Below are positions 18,976 through 27,610 of a stretch of DNA of 64,000 nt, piece by piece. Within the stretch, counting starts at the first letter, position 1, and each line of letters opens with the position of its first letter. Made by a program: the position numbers and the translations under genes. The stretch covers positions 3,456,001 through 3,520,000 of the forward strand of contig OY969696.1 of the NCBI GenBank assembly GCA_963702005.1, given 5' to 3'. The stretch comes from Candidatus Aminicenantes bacterium. Its GTDB lineage: Bacteria; Acidobacteriota; Aminicenantia; Aminicenantales; JAFGBC01. The notes under the pieces were generated by a model that saw only the letters and a list, made by a program, of their open reading frames with translations, was not told the origin of the DNA and made no database searches.

Positions 18976-20885
18976 AAAAGTACGGCCGAATTCTGGCCTT
19001 GGCATTTGCGATCGTCCTGGGCGCCTGGTCATCCCTGCTCGCCCAGGACAACGTCGATGAACTCGTCAAGAGCGCGCCGCCCCGGGGCAAGTTCCCCGAG
19101 GCGAGCGCGGTCGTCGTGGACGCGGTCCAGACGCTGGTCTTGAACCGGGACGGGTCCAAGACGGAGGATTTCTTCCGGCTCGTCGAGATCTTCAACGTCC
19201 AAGGCCGGGAGAAATTCAGCGACTTCCGCATCCCCTTCGACAAGAATACGGATACGGTCGAGATCCTTACGGCCCGGACCTATAAAGGCGACCGGACCTC
19301 CCTCGAGGTCGAACGGGGCGCCATCAACGACCTGACCCCGCCCCATCTCGCCGACGCCGACATCTATTCCAACATCATCCACCGCGTCCTTTCGTTCCCG
19401 GCCGTGGACCCCGGCGTCTGTTTGGCCGTCCGCTACCGGAAGACCAGCCGCGAGCTGCCCGGGAACCTGGACCAGATCGTCTTCTTCCAGACGGACGAGC
19501 CGCTGCTCCGGAAAAAGCTCAAGGTCATCCTCCCGGCCGGGAAGAGCCTTCGCTACGCCCTGGTCGGGCTCCCATCGGCCGTCAGTGAGGAGACGGCCGG
19601 TGAAGAGAAGACCTACACCATCGTCGTTGCCGACTCCCCTCAGGTCAAACCCGAGGAGTACATGCCCCCTCGGGCCGAGCTCTTCGCCAGGGCCGTGCTT
19701 AGCACCTACGGCAGCTGGGACGAAGCGACGGACGCCTTCCGTTCTTCGTTTTTCGAGGCCGCGCAGCCCGATGAGTCCGTACGGGCGGCAGCCCGGGACA
19801 TCCTCAAGGGAGAGACTTCGCGGGACGAGATGATCAAAAAATTGTTCCTGTTCACGGCCCGCGACATCCGGAGCGTCCGGCTTGACCTCGGAGAGGGCGG
19901 CTACAAGGTTTTAGCCGCCTCGACCGTTCTCAAAAATCGTTACGGCGACGGCAAGGACAAGAGCGCTCTCCTGGCGGCCCTGCTCGGCGCAGCCGGCATC
20001 GAGGCCTACCCGGTCCTGGTCCACTCGGAAGCCGTGCCCCTTGTCGAGGACGTACCGACCCTCCGCCAGTTCGACCGAGTCCTGGTCGCCGTGCCCGAGG
20101 GCGACGATTATCTCTACCTTAATCCTTTCGCCGATGATTCGCTCTATGGATTCTTTGAAGAGGGACGCGGGGCGAAAGGCCTCGTCCTCAAGCCCCGGGC
20201 CGTCGAGTTCCGGATCGTTAGGGGGCGGGCCGGGACCGACAGCGTCTCGCGGGGCCGGTTCGAGGCCGAGATCGGGACGAACGGCTCCATCCGCGGGAGC
20301 CTGAGCCTGGAGCTCTCGGGGCTATTCGACGCCCGGGCCCGCCAAGAGCTCAAGGATCAAACGGCGCCTGAGCTGGAACGCTTTTTCGCCGAGGCCGTCA
20401 ACAAGGTCCTGGGCGAGGGCCGGGTTCTCAAGACGACTCTCAGCGACACCGGGGACCTCGGCCGGCCCGTCTCCATCCGCCAGGAATTTCGCGGCGATGA
20501 ATTCGCCGTTTTTCAGGGGAAGGTCATGCTCATCAACCTCCCCCAGTCCCTGTACGGCTTCGCCGAACTCCCTTCCTATCCGAGCCTGGCCAAACGGCTC
20601 TATCCGTTCCGGGTCAGCGACCTAGCGGAGACCGAGATCGTCGTCGCCCTTAAGATCCCGGCCGGGTATAAGCCTCTCTACCTTCCCGAGGGATTTTCCC
20701 AAAAGACCGATTACGGCGAGTTCGTTTTTCGGGCGGCCTTCGACCCGGCGGCCCGGACGGTCCGGATCGAACGGGTCATGCGCTTCGCCAAGAAAGAGAT
20801 CCCGGTCGAAGCCTATCCCGAGTTCAAGAAGGTCTGGGACGCCTTCGGCGGCGTCAAGAACAACCTCATCCTCCTGGAAAAATAG
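18972..20885 (+). CDS. DUF3857 + transglutaminase-like domain protein (triad degenerate)
   Basis: ATGA overlap with upstream paralog; YGDGKDKS, FDRVL and YLNPF at the triad positions. Confidence 0.82.
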   Translation: MKKYGRILALAFAIVLGAWSSLLAQDNVDELVKSAPPRGKFPEASAVVVDAVQTLVLNRDGSKTEDFFRLVEIFNVQGREKFSDFRIPFDKNTDTVEILTARTYKGDRTSLEVERGAINDLTPPHLADADIYSNIIHRVLSFPAVDPGVCLAVRYRKTSRELPGNLDQIVFFQTDEPLLRKKLKVILPAGKSLRYALVGLPSAVSEETAGEEKTYTIVVADSPQVKPEEYMPPRAELFARAVLSTYGSWDEATDAFRSSFFEAAQPDESVRAAARDILKGETSRDEMIKKLFLFTARDIRSVRLDLGEGGYKVLAASTVLKNRYGDGKDKSALLAALLGAAGIEAYPVLVHSEAVPLVEDVPTLRQFDRVLVAVPEGDDYLYLNPFADDSLYGFFEEGRGAKGLVLKPRAVEFRIVRGRAGTDSVSRGRFEAEIGTNGSIRGSLSLELSGLFDARARQELKDQTAPELERFFAEAVNKVLGEGRVLKTTLSDTGDLGRPVSIRQEFRGDEFAVFQGKVMLINLPQSLYGFAELPSYPSLAKRLYPFRVSDLAETEIVVALKIPAGYKPLYLPEGFSQKTDYGEFVFRAAFDPAARTVRIERVMRFAKKEIPVEAYPEFKKVWDAFGGVKNNLILLEK

Positions 20886-21031
20886 CGGACCCGGAGCGTC
20901 CGCCGGCGCTGCGATGAAATGTCCCGGCGCCGTCATTCGCCCTGGGCCGTCACGACCTTTATTTCTTCAGCCATATTCAGCTGAAGTGATATAATAATTT
21001 CGGAATAGGCGTCATTTATTAAGGAGAGCCG

Positions 21032-21235
21032 ATGAAACTGAAGGTCATAGTCCATCAGGCTGAAGAGGGGGGGCTTTGGGCGGAAGTTCCCGCCATTCCG
21101 GGCTGCGTAAGCCAGGCGGAAACGCTCGAAGAATTGAAAAAGAATATCCAAGAGGCCGTGGAAGGATGTCTTTCAGTTGACCTCAAATCAATCCGCTTAA
21201 AGAAAAATGACAAGATAATGGAAATCGCCGTATGA
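21032..21235 (+). CDS. hicB: HicB-family antitoxin (short form)
   Basis: AEEGGLWAEVPAIPGCVSQAETLEEL..NIQEAVEG; RBS AAGGAG. Confidence 0.9.
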   Translation: MKLKVIVHQAEEGGLWAEVPAIPGCVSQAETLEELKKNIQEAVEGCLSVDLKSIRLKKNDKIMEIAV

Positions 21236-21441
21236 AGCCTCTGACGGGGCATGTTTTTTCAAAGATACCCGAAAAGAACGGGTGGATACTAGCGAGGATT
21301 CAAGGCAGTCATTTCATATATACGAAGGAAGGGCATAAAGCCCGTATCTCCGTTCCGGTCCATGGAAAACGGATGCTGAAAATAGGATTGCTGATGCATC
21401 TTATAAAGGTTGCGGAACTCAAGGATGAGGACTTACGCTGA
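21232..21441 (+). CDS. hicA: HicA-family toxin (mRNA interferase)
   Basis: NGW...RIQGSHFIY.K...ISVPVHG..LKIG motif; ATGA overlap with hicB. Confidence 0.85.
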   Translation: MKPLTGHVFSKIPEKNGWILARIQGSHFIYTKEGHKARISVPVHGKRMLKIGLLMHLIKVAELKDEDLR

Positions 21442-21612
21442 AAACTGGATATCAAGAGGACGATCATACTGATAAGAATCCCCGGAACCTTCATTGATTT
21501 CTACTATTCTAAGAATGCGGCTCTGCCAAAAAATACAGAAAGAGAGTCTCATCATACTAGACTGATAACTTCAATTGTCGACCTCCTGCCGAGTTCTCTC
21601 CGATCCGCTAAA

Positions 21613-22278
21613 ATGTTGCTTGTATTCGGACGTCAGGAAGAAAAAGATTTCGGGGATTGGGCTAAATTCCTCCCTAATCATGATATTAAAGAAATAATAG
21701 AATCCTACCATGACTGGTTTGATGAATTGATAAATATCAATCTCATTGATTATTCTATTTTCATTTTAGTTACCAAGGACGTTTGGATATCAGATAATCC
21801 GATTTTTATGACATTTTCTCTGGCTCACGAATTGGAGCATGCCGTTCAATATCTGGAAGAACGGATTCTCTCCCTTCAGGCACACTTAATAATATCTTAT
21901 CTCAAATTATCAAACCAATGGAACAACAGTACATATAATGATTTTCCGCCTGAAATGGATGCATCTAGAACAGCCAAGAAAATTAATTTTCTATTACACG
22001 GTGAAAATGAAACTCTAGCTTTTATTGATAAGAGAATTAGTGAATCGGCAGTTCAATCGCCTGATTCGTACGGTAAGTCCTATTGGCGGCATATAAGATC
22101 TCTTGAACTGGAAGTTGACTATGACTGGAAATCTCTAATCCGAGAGCGTTGGACAGAATACGAAGATATGATCTCTAGGATGAAGTGCGCTTCCGAAGAT
22201 TTCTTGAAAGAGTACGAATACTACGAAACCATTGTTAATATGCTTTCTAGCACAACATCCACATTACATCCAAAATAA
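21613..22278 (+). CDS. AT-rich hypothetical protein with HExxH zinc-metallopeptidase motif
   Basis: SLAHELEHAVQ plus downstream E.DA. The frame is open upstream to 21442, so the true start may be earlier. Confidence 0.65.
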   Translation: MLLVFGRQEEKDFGDWAKFLPNHDIKEIIESYHDWFDELININLIDYSIFILVTKDVWISDNPIFMTFSLAHELEHAVQYLEERILSLQAHLIISYLKLSNQWNNSTYNDFPPEMDASRTAKKINFLLHGENETLAFIDKRISESAVQSPDSYGKSYWRHIRSLELEVDYDWKSLIRERWTEYEDMISRMKCASEDFLKEYEYYETIVNMLSSTTSTLHPK

Positions 22279-22306
22279 ATATAGCACCCTCTGCCATTCC
22301 TTCCTC

Positions 22307-22335
22307 TTGACAATGGTAACTAACTTAGTTACTAT
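22307..22335 (+). promoter_or_regulatory. Sigma70 promoter with embedded palindromic operator (leaderless transcript)
   Basis: TTGACA-17-TACTAT; perfect inverted repeat GTAACTAA-C-TTAGTTAC (22316-22332) across the spacer and -10; ATG 7 nt after the -10, no SD. Confidence 0.75.
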
Positions 22336-22342
22336 TTAGCCC

Positions 22343-23575
22343 ATGAGTTTCTCCGTCGACGGTCTGCGGGCGGCCTTTCCGGCCCTGCGGGTATCCGTCC
22401 GCAAGAAGCCGATTGTCTACTTCGACAACGCCTGCATGACCCTCAAGCCCGAGCCAGTTCTCCTGGCCATGGACGACTATTACCGGAACTTCCCCGGCTG
22501 CCACGCCCGGGCCGATCACTACTTCGGGACCGAGACCTCCCGCCGTTACAATGAGGCTCGTCGCAAGATCGCCGCGTTCTTTAACGCGGCCGACCCCCGG
22601 GAGATCGTCTTCACCCGGAACGCGACCGAGGGCCTGAACCTGCTGGCCCACACGCTGGACCTCAAAGCCGGCGATGTCGTCGTCTCCTCCGACATCGAGC
22701 ACAATTCGAACCTTCTCCCCTGGCAAGCCCTGGAAAAGAGAACGGGCGTGCGGCGCCTCGTCGTCGCGACCCGGCCCGACACGACCTTCGACCTGACCCG
22801 GTTCCGGGAGCAGATGACGCCGGCCGTCCGCCTGGTGACGGTCCTCCACACCTCGAACCTGACCGGCGTCAGCTTTCCGATCGCGGACATCGTCCGGATC
22901 GCCCACGGCAACGGCGCCCTCGTTTGCGTCGACGCCGCCCAGGCCGCCCTCACTAAGAAGATCGACGTCCGCGCCCTTGACGTCGATTTCTTGGTCGCCT
23001 CGGTCCATAAGATGTGGGGGCCGACCGGAATGGGAATTCTCTACGGGAAACGGGCGCTCCTCGAGGCCATGCCCCAGTTCCTGACCGGCGGCGGGACCGT
23101 CGAGGACGCCGGCTACAATTCGGTCACCGTCCAGGGGCTTCCCGATAAGTTCGAGGCCGGCCTCCAGAACTATGCGGGCGCGGCGGGCGCCGGGGCGGCC
23201 GTCGATTTCATCCGCGAGGTCGGGCAGGAGGAGATCGCCGGCCAGGTCGGGAACCTCAATGCCCAGGCCACGGAGCTATTGGCCGGAATGAAAGGCGTAA
23301 CCATCCTCGGCCCCCGCGAGTCCGCTTTGCGGTCGGGCATCCTGAATATCGTCATCGACGGCCTGGACGCCGCCGACGCCGCTCGGATCCTCCACCAGTC
23401 GGAAAACATCATGGTCCGCTTCGGCAAGCACTGCGTCCATCCCTGGTACGCGAGCCGCCGCGTCCCCGATTCGCTCCGGATCTCGTTCGGCGCCTATAAT
23501 ACGACGGCCGAGGTTGAGATCTTGGCCGCGGGGCTGCGGAGCGTGCTCAAGTTCTTCCGGCAGAAGGCGTCCTGA
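22343..23575 (+). CDS. Cysteine desulfurase, class II (SufS-like), PLP-dependent
   Basis: YFDNAC.TLKP, FTRNATEG, EHNSN, DAAQ, SVHKMWGP (PLP Lys), KFEAG, VRFGKHCVHP (catalytic Cys). Confidence 0.9.
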   Translation: MSFSVDGLRAAFPALRVSVRKKPIVYFDNACMTLKPEPVLLAMDDYYRNFPGCHARADHYFGTETSRRYNEARRKIAAFFNAADPREIVFTRNATEGLNLLAHTLDLKAGDVVVSSDIEHNSNLLPWQALEKRTGVRRLVVATRPDTTFDLTRFREQMTPAVRLVTVLHTSNLTGVSFPIADIVRIAHGNGALVCVDAAQAALTKKIDVRALDVDFLVASVHKMWGPTGMGILYGKRALLEAMPQFLTGGGTVEDAGYNSVTVQGLPDKFEAGLQNYAGAAGAGAAVDFIREVGQEEIAGQVGNLNAQATELLAGMKGVTILGPRESALRSGILNIVIDGLDAADAARILHQSENIMVRFGKHCVHPWYASRRVPDSLRISFGAYNTTAEVEILAAGLRSVLKFFRQKAS

Positions 23576-23601
23576 CCCGGAAGGGCGAGGAAGGAGAAAC
23601 C

Positions 23602-23643
23602 ATGGCTTGCTGCGCGCTGAGAAAGAAGAAAAACAGCTTATGA
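23602..23643 (+). CDS. Putative 13-aa Cys-Cys peptide MACCALRKKKNSL (or frameshifted N-terminus of the next gene)
   Basis: SD AAGGAG 5 nt upstream of ATG 23602; its stop overlaps the next ATG (ATGA). Confidence 0.5.
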   Translation: MACCALRKKKNSL

Positions 23644-23978
23644 TCGTGCCGGTGACCTTGCTCCTCATCGTAGGCCTGTTCGGGGGAATCGCGGTCGGGT
23701 TCTACTCGCTGGGCGGGCTTGTTTCCAAGGGTTTCGCCCGGAGGCGGGACAGGGCGCGAAAAACGATGAAGCAGCTCACGGACGGCCTGAAGGACAGGAT
23801 TCTCAACGAACCTTTCCTGTTCGACTCGACGGTCCGCTGCAAGGTCAGCGGCCGGCTGATGGGCTACTCGACCCCCCTGGCCGGCCTCGTCTTCAAGTAC
23901 TTCAACCTCATCGTCTTCGGCACCGTTGTCGGGTCGGCGGCGCTCTTCGTCGGCAGCTTGGTCTTGGTCATAAGCTGA
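23640..23978 (+). CDS. Small two-TM membrane protein
   Basis: Two hydrophobic segments flanking a basic loop with FDSTVRCKVSGRLM; operonic spacing. Confidence 0.75.
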   Translation: MIVPVTLLLIVGLFGGIAVGFYSLGGLVSKGFARRRDRARKTMKQLTDGLKDRILNEPFLFDSTVRCKVSGRLMGYSTPLAGLVFKYFNLIVFGTVVGSAALFVGSLVLVIS

Positions 23979-23989
23979 GGCGGCGCGTC

Positions 23990-24799
23990 ATGAAGAACGA
24001 AATCATCGTCCAGTTCTCGGGCGGAATCGACTCGCTCTACGCCGCCCATTATCTCGCCCCCCGCTACGACCGCGTTCACCTTTTAACTTTCGACAAGGGC
24101 TATCTCCATCTCTTCCTCAAGGCCAACCGCCCCAACGTCGACCTCCTCAAAAAGCTCCATGGCGAGGACAAGATCGTCCACACCCTCCTCGACATCAAGC
24201 CCCTCTTCAAGGAACTGGGCGTCAAGAGCTACGGAGAGACGCGGGACGCTTTCGGAAACGAGATCGCCTGGTGCGTCCCCTGCCGGGCGACGATGGCCTT
24301 GGGGAGCATCCTTTATGCCCTCGAGCACGACATCCCCGCCTTCACCGACGGGGCCAACTGGGAGCAGGCGCCCGACGGCGAGAAGGTCCTGGTCACGGCC
24401 GACAACTACCCCGAATTTCTGGAAGTCATCAAGGCCTTCGCCGCGGCCTACAAGGTCGGCTACCTCCCCCTCATCTACGAGCTCAACACCCGGAAAGAGC
24501 GCCGGGACGAGCTCCTGGCCCTGGGCGCCAAGATCGATTTCAACAGCCTCGACCGCCCCAAGAAAAGCGTCTTCGACGTCTTCCGCAAGGCCTTCTTCAA
24601 GCGGTCCCAGCCGATGTGCCTGTCCGGCTACCTCATTCATTGGAAGCGGAACCTGTTCAACGTCAAGGAAGAGCTGACGCCGGAGATGACGGTGCGCGGC
24701 ATCCAACCCAAGCTCGAATCGGTCGGAAAGCGGCTTGTCGAAGACTATTTCGCGGCCAAAGGCCTGAATATCGCCGACCTCGTCCGCGTCCGCGGATAG
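23990..24799 (+). CDS. PP-loop (adenine nucleotide alpha-hydrolase) ATPase with CxxC + C, putative sulfur-insertion enzyme
   Basis: QFSGGIDS PP-loop, WCVPCR, TDGAN, QPMCL. Confidence 0.78.
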   Translation: MKNEIIVQFSGGIDSLYAAHYLAPRYDRVHLLTFDKGYLHLFLKANRPNVDLLKKLHGEDKIVHTLLDIKPLFKELGVKSYGETRDAFGNEIAWCVPCRATMALGSILYALEHDIPAFTDGANWEQAPDGEKVLVTADNYPEFLEVIKAFAAAYKVGYLPLIYELNTRKERRDELLALGAKIDFNSLDRPKKSVFDVFRKAFFKRSQPMCLSGYLIHWKRNLFNVKEELTPEMTVRGIQPKLESVGKRLVEDYFAAKGLNIADLVRVRG

Positions 24800-25251
24800 C
24801 TCAGCCGGAGGGATCCGACTCGATTTTTCCGCCCTAGCGCGATTTCGGCGTTGATCATATCCCGGATGGTCGTCTTGGCCAGGAAGGCATCGACTATCTT
24901 TTGAAGCTCCATCCATTTGAGCTTGGCCCCGCAGTTTTTTTCGCGGCGGCAGATCCCCTTGCGGACCAGGCAGGGCGCGATCCTGTCGCCGGGGTCCGAA
25001 AGAACGTTGACGACGTCGATGATCCGGATCCGGGCCGGGTCCTTGAGAAGACGGTAGCCGCCTTTTAATCCCCGCGCGCTCTCGACGAGCTTGGCCCGCA
25101 TCAGGGGCTGGAGGAGCTGCTTGGCGAACTTGGCCGAGATCAGCTGCCGCTTCTCGACTTCGGCCAGCGGCAGGGCGCCCTCGGGGTGGCGTCCGATCTC
25201 GACCAGGATGCGGATGCCGTAGCGGATCTTGGCGGGCATTTTCATGGCCAT
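24745..25251 (-). CDS. Rrf2-family transcriptional regulator (three Cys, Fe-S type)
   Basis: RYGIR, VESARGLKGGYRL, C-x6-C-x5-C. The start could be 25245; the 3' end overlaps the convergent PP-loop gene. Confidence 0.9.
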   Translation of the reverse strand: MAMKMPAKIRYGIRILVEIGRHPEGALPLAEVEKRQLISAKFAKQLLQPLMRAKLVESARGLKGGYRLLKDPARIRIIDVVNVLSDPGDRIAPCLVRKGICRREKNCGAKLKWMELQKIVDAFLAKTTIRDMINAEIALGRKNRVGSLRLSYPRTRTRSAIFRPLAAK

Positions 25252-25295
25252 AGGGAACCGATCTGATTACCAATTCTACCGTTGAGATCGGCATG

Positions 25296-25368
25296 AGTCA
25301 ACCCCTCGATACTCATGGAAGCCATGAGTACTGCAAGGCTGGACATAGCGTCGGCGAACGGGCCAACC
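25296..25368. repeat. Intergenic palindromic repeat family A, copy 1
   Basis: gtcaacccctcga-TACTCATGG aag CCATGAGTA-ctgcaaggctg...tcggcgaacgggccaacc. Confidence 0.75.
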
Positions 25369-25438
25369 GGTTTGACTTCTTTTTGCATCTTGCCTTATTC
25401 TTAACAATGACGGGATTGGGTCAGAGGGAGATGTGAGG

Positions 25439-27547
25439 ATGCCCGCTTTTTTCAGCGTTTTTCAAAAAAGAATAATCTACCTTTTTTTCTTAATGTGTTT
25501 AGCCCTCCTGCTGCCCGGCCTGACCGAACCGCCGGCGCATCCCGCTCAATCCAAAGCCAGGGCCGCTCAAGAACCTCTTCAGCATGAAGTGATCGTAACT
25601 CATAAACTCATCCAAGTCTATGTCGTCGATCCCAAGGGGAACCCGGCCCGCGACCTGGAGAAGTCCGATTTTGTCCTCACCGACAACGACAAGCTTCAGG
25701 TCATCCTGGATTTCGAGAAACATTTTTTATCCGCTTCGGGATCGAAGCTCCAGGACGCCAAGCTCCCCCCGGCCCGGGACACGGCTTCACTCATGAACCG
25801 CAAGTTCCTCTTCGTCCTCGACTACGAGAGCAACGACCTCTGGGGGATCGGAAAATCGAGAAAGGCCGTCTTGCAATTCCTGGATACCCAGATTCAGCCG
25901 GACGACGAGATCGCGCTTTTCTCCTATTCTCGAGGGAGAGGATTGGTCCTTCACGAGTATTTGACATCCGACCATCAAAAGGTCCGGACGGCAATAAAGA
26001 AAGTCTTGGATATCCCCTCCCAACGCGCGGGGTGGGATCCATGGGCTGACGAAGGGCATAGCATCCTGGGTCCTGAAATCTCGGGACCCCTGTCCCCTCC
26101 CAAGGGCGATCCCGGGCTGGTGACCATCGCCACGACGGATGGATCGACAGGGCAACGAGTAATAGTATCCAGTCATTCGGGCCAGGTCGGTGAACCGCGC
26201 TTGCGTTCTATCGCCGACTGCCTCAATGACCTTTCTAAAGCTCTTCGCCATATCCCCGGTCAAAAAAACATCATCTTGTTTTCAAGGGGATTCGTTGGCC
26301 CGGTCTTGAAACCAAAAACTCTGGAAAACCGGGCTTTCACGGCGATGGGCAAGGCGTTGGCGTCGGCCAACAGCCCGGTTTTTTCCGTAGATACGACCGC
26401 GGGAACCCGGGTCCTCGGCGACAACTCTTTGGAGTATCTTTCCAAATTGACGGGGGGGAAATATTACCCAGATGTCAATTATGACTCCAAGATCGCCGAG
26501 GACATCCAAAGCGCCACGAGCAATTATTACGTCCTGGGCTACTCGATCGCCTCCAATTGGGACGGAAAATTCCATGACATCCGGGTTGAGGTCAAAAAAC
26601 CCGGTTATAAGGTCTTCGCTCAAAAGGGCTATTTCAACCCCCTGCCCTTCAATCAACTTTCTCCGATCGAAAAACATCTTCACCTTCTAGACCTCGCCCT
26701 GGGCGAGAAAGCCTACTTCGAGCAACACCTGAATTTCCCCCTGATCGCGCTTCCCTTTTCCGACAGTCAACAGTCCAACACCGTCCTCATCTCCGAGATT
26801 CCGGTGCAGACGATCCGAGATGTTGTCGGGGACCATACCGAATTCATCATCCTCGTCTTCGATCCCGCCCGAACGATCGTCGATAGTTTGAGGACCGAGA
26901 TCGATTGGAGTACGATCGGGCCAGAAACGATCCTCCACTATTCGACCCTCGCTCTTGCGCCCGGCCGGAATGATTGTCGGATCGTCATCCGGAATCTGGA
27001 CAGCGGAAAGGCGGCGGTCGGGGCTTGCTCCATCGAACTGCCTGGGAAGTCAACGGCCGCTCTGAAGATCTATCCGCCTCTGCTCCTCAGCGCCGGACCG
27101 GCGGCTCCATATCTTCATATTGACGGACAAGACAAGGACGCGGCCGCAAAGAGCGTCTCACTATCCCAGCTTTATCCCTTTCCCGCCAGACAATATGTTC
27201 CGCTTATGGGCGGGTTGGAACCAGGGGCTTCGTCTCTTTATGCCGAGTTGAGATGCGCCGGGGCGGGCAGCCCGGGGGGGAAGATTCGAATATCAGCCTG
27301 GTTGGCGGCCGAAGAGAACGGTCTTAAGACATCCGTACCATTCCATGTCCTCGACCTAGTCAAAGGAGATGAAGTCGATATCTTCTTCTTGGAATTCGAA
27401 ATCCCAGACCTCAAGCCCGGCCGGTATTCTCTCCAAATTCTTGCCGAAGATGACGCGACGAATTCGAGCGCCCGGACGGAATCCTGGTTTTCTGTCGGAT
27501 CGGAGTCGTCCTCGTCTAAATCTCTCAATAAATCGCTCTCGAGGTAA
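25439..27547 (+). CDS. VWFA-related (Acidobacterial-type) exported domain protein
   Basis: Signal/TM; VYVVDPKGNP.RDL..SDF.L.DN, GQKNIILFSRG, LSKLTGG.Y, YYVLGY...WDGKFH.I.V motifs. Confidence 0.82.
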   Translation: MPAFFSVFQKRIIYLFFLMCLALLLPGLTEPPAHPAQSKARAAQEPLQHEVIVTHKLIQVYVVDPKGNPARDLEKSDFVLTDNDKLQVILDFEKHFLSASGSKLQDAKLPPARDTASLMNRKFLFVLDYESNDLWGIGKSRKAVLQFLDTQIQPDDEIALFSYSRGRGLVLHEYLTSDHQKVRTAIKKVLDIPSQRAGWDPWADEGHSILGPEISGPLSPPKGDPGLVTIATTDGSTGQRVIVSSHSGQVGEPRLRSIADCLNDLSKALRHIPGQKNIILFSRGFVGPVLKPKTLENRAFTAMGKALASANSPVFSVDTTAGTRVLGDNSLEYLSKLTGGKYYPDVNYDSKIAEDIQSATSNYYVLGYSIASNWDGKFHDIRVEVKKPGYKVFAQKGYFNPLPFNQLSPIEKHLHLLDLALGEKAYFEQHLNFPLIALPFSDSQQSNTVLISEIPVQTIRDVVGDHTEFIILVFDPARTIVDSLRTEIDWSTIGPETILHYSTLALAPGRNDCRIVIRNLDSGKAAVGACSIELPGKSTAALKIYPPLLLSAGPAAPYLHIDGQDKDAAAKSVSLSQLYPFPARQYVPLMGGLEPGASSLYAELRCAGAGSPGGKIRISAWLAAEENGLKTSVPFHVLDLVKGDEVDIFFLEFEIPDLKPGRYSLQILAEDDATNSSARTESWFSVGSESSSSKSLNKSLSR

Positions 27548-27565
27548 ACTTCGAGGTATCGGCAT

Positions 27566-27606
27566 CCCTGGAAATTGGAAAAAGTAACAAAGTGTAGGTT
27601 TGACCC
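27566..27606 (-). repeat. Intergenic repeat family B, copy 1
   Basis: Minus strand GGGTCAAACCTACACTTT...TTTCCAGGG, starting 4 nt after the acyl-CoA ligase stop. Confidence 0.75.
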
Positions 27607-27610
27607 TGGA

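Noticed and set aside
20933-20974. Minus-strand micro-ORF MAEEIKVVTAQGE resembling a DUF2007-like N-terminus
   Set aside because: Too short, no SD, and the similarity cannot be supported without a search.
21439-21480. hicA TGA as a selenocysteine codon
   Set aside because: In frame with the downstream ORF, but there is no SECIS-like hairpin and HicA is already full length.
23514-23639. ORF-track N-terminal extension of the membrane protein
   Set aside because: It overlaps the desulfurase end and lacks an SD; ATG 23602/23640 fit better.
23641-23660. TGA of the MACC peptide as selenocysteine
   Set aside because: Another TGA follows after three codons and no suitable hairpin is present.
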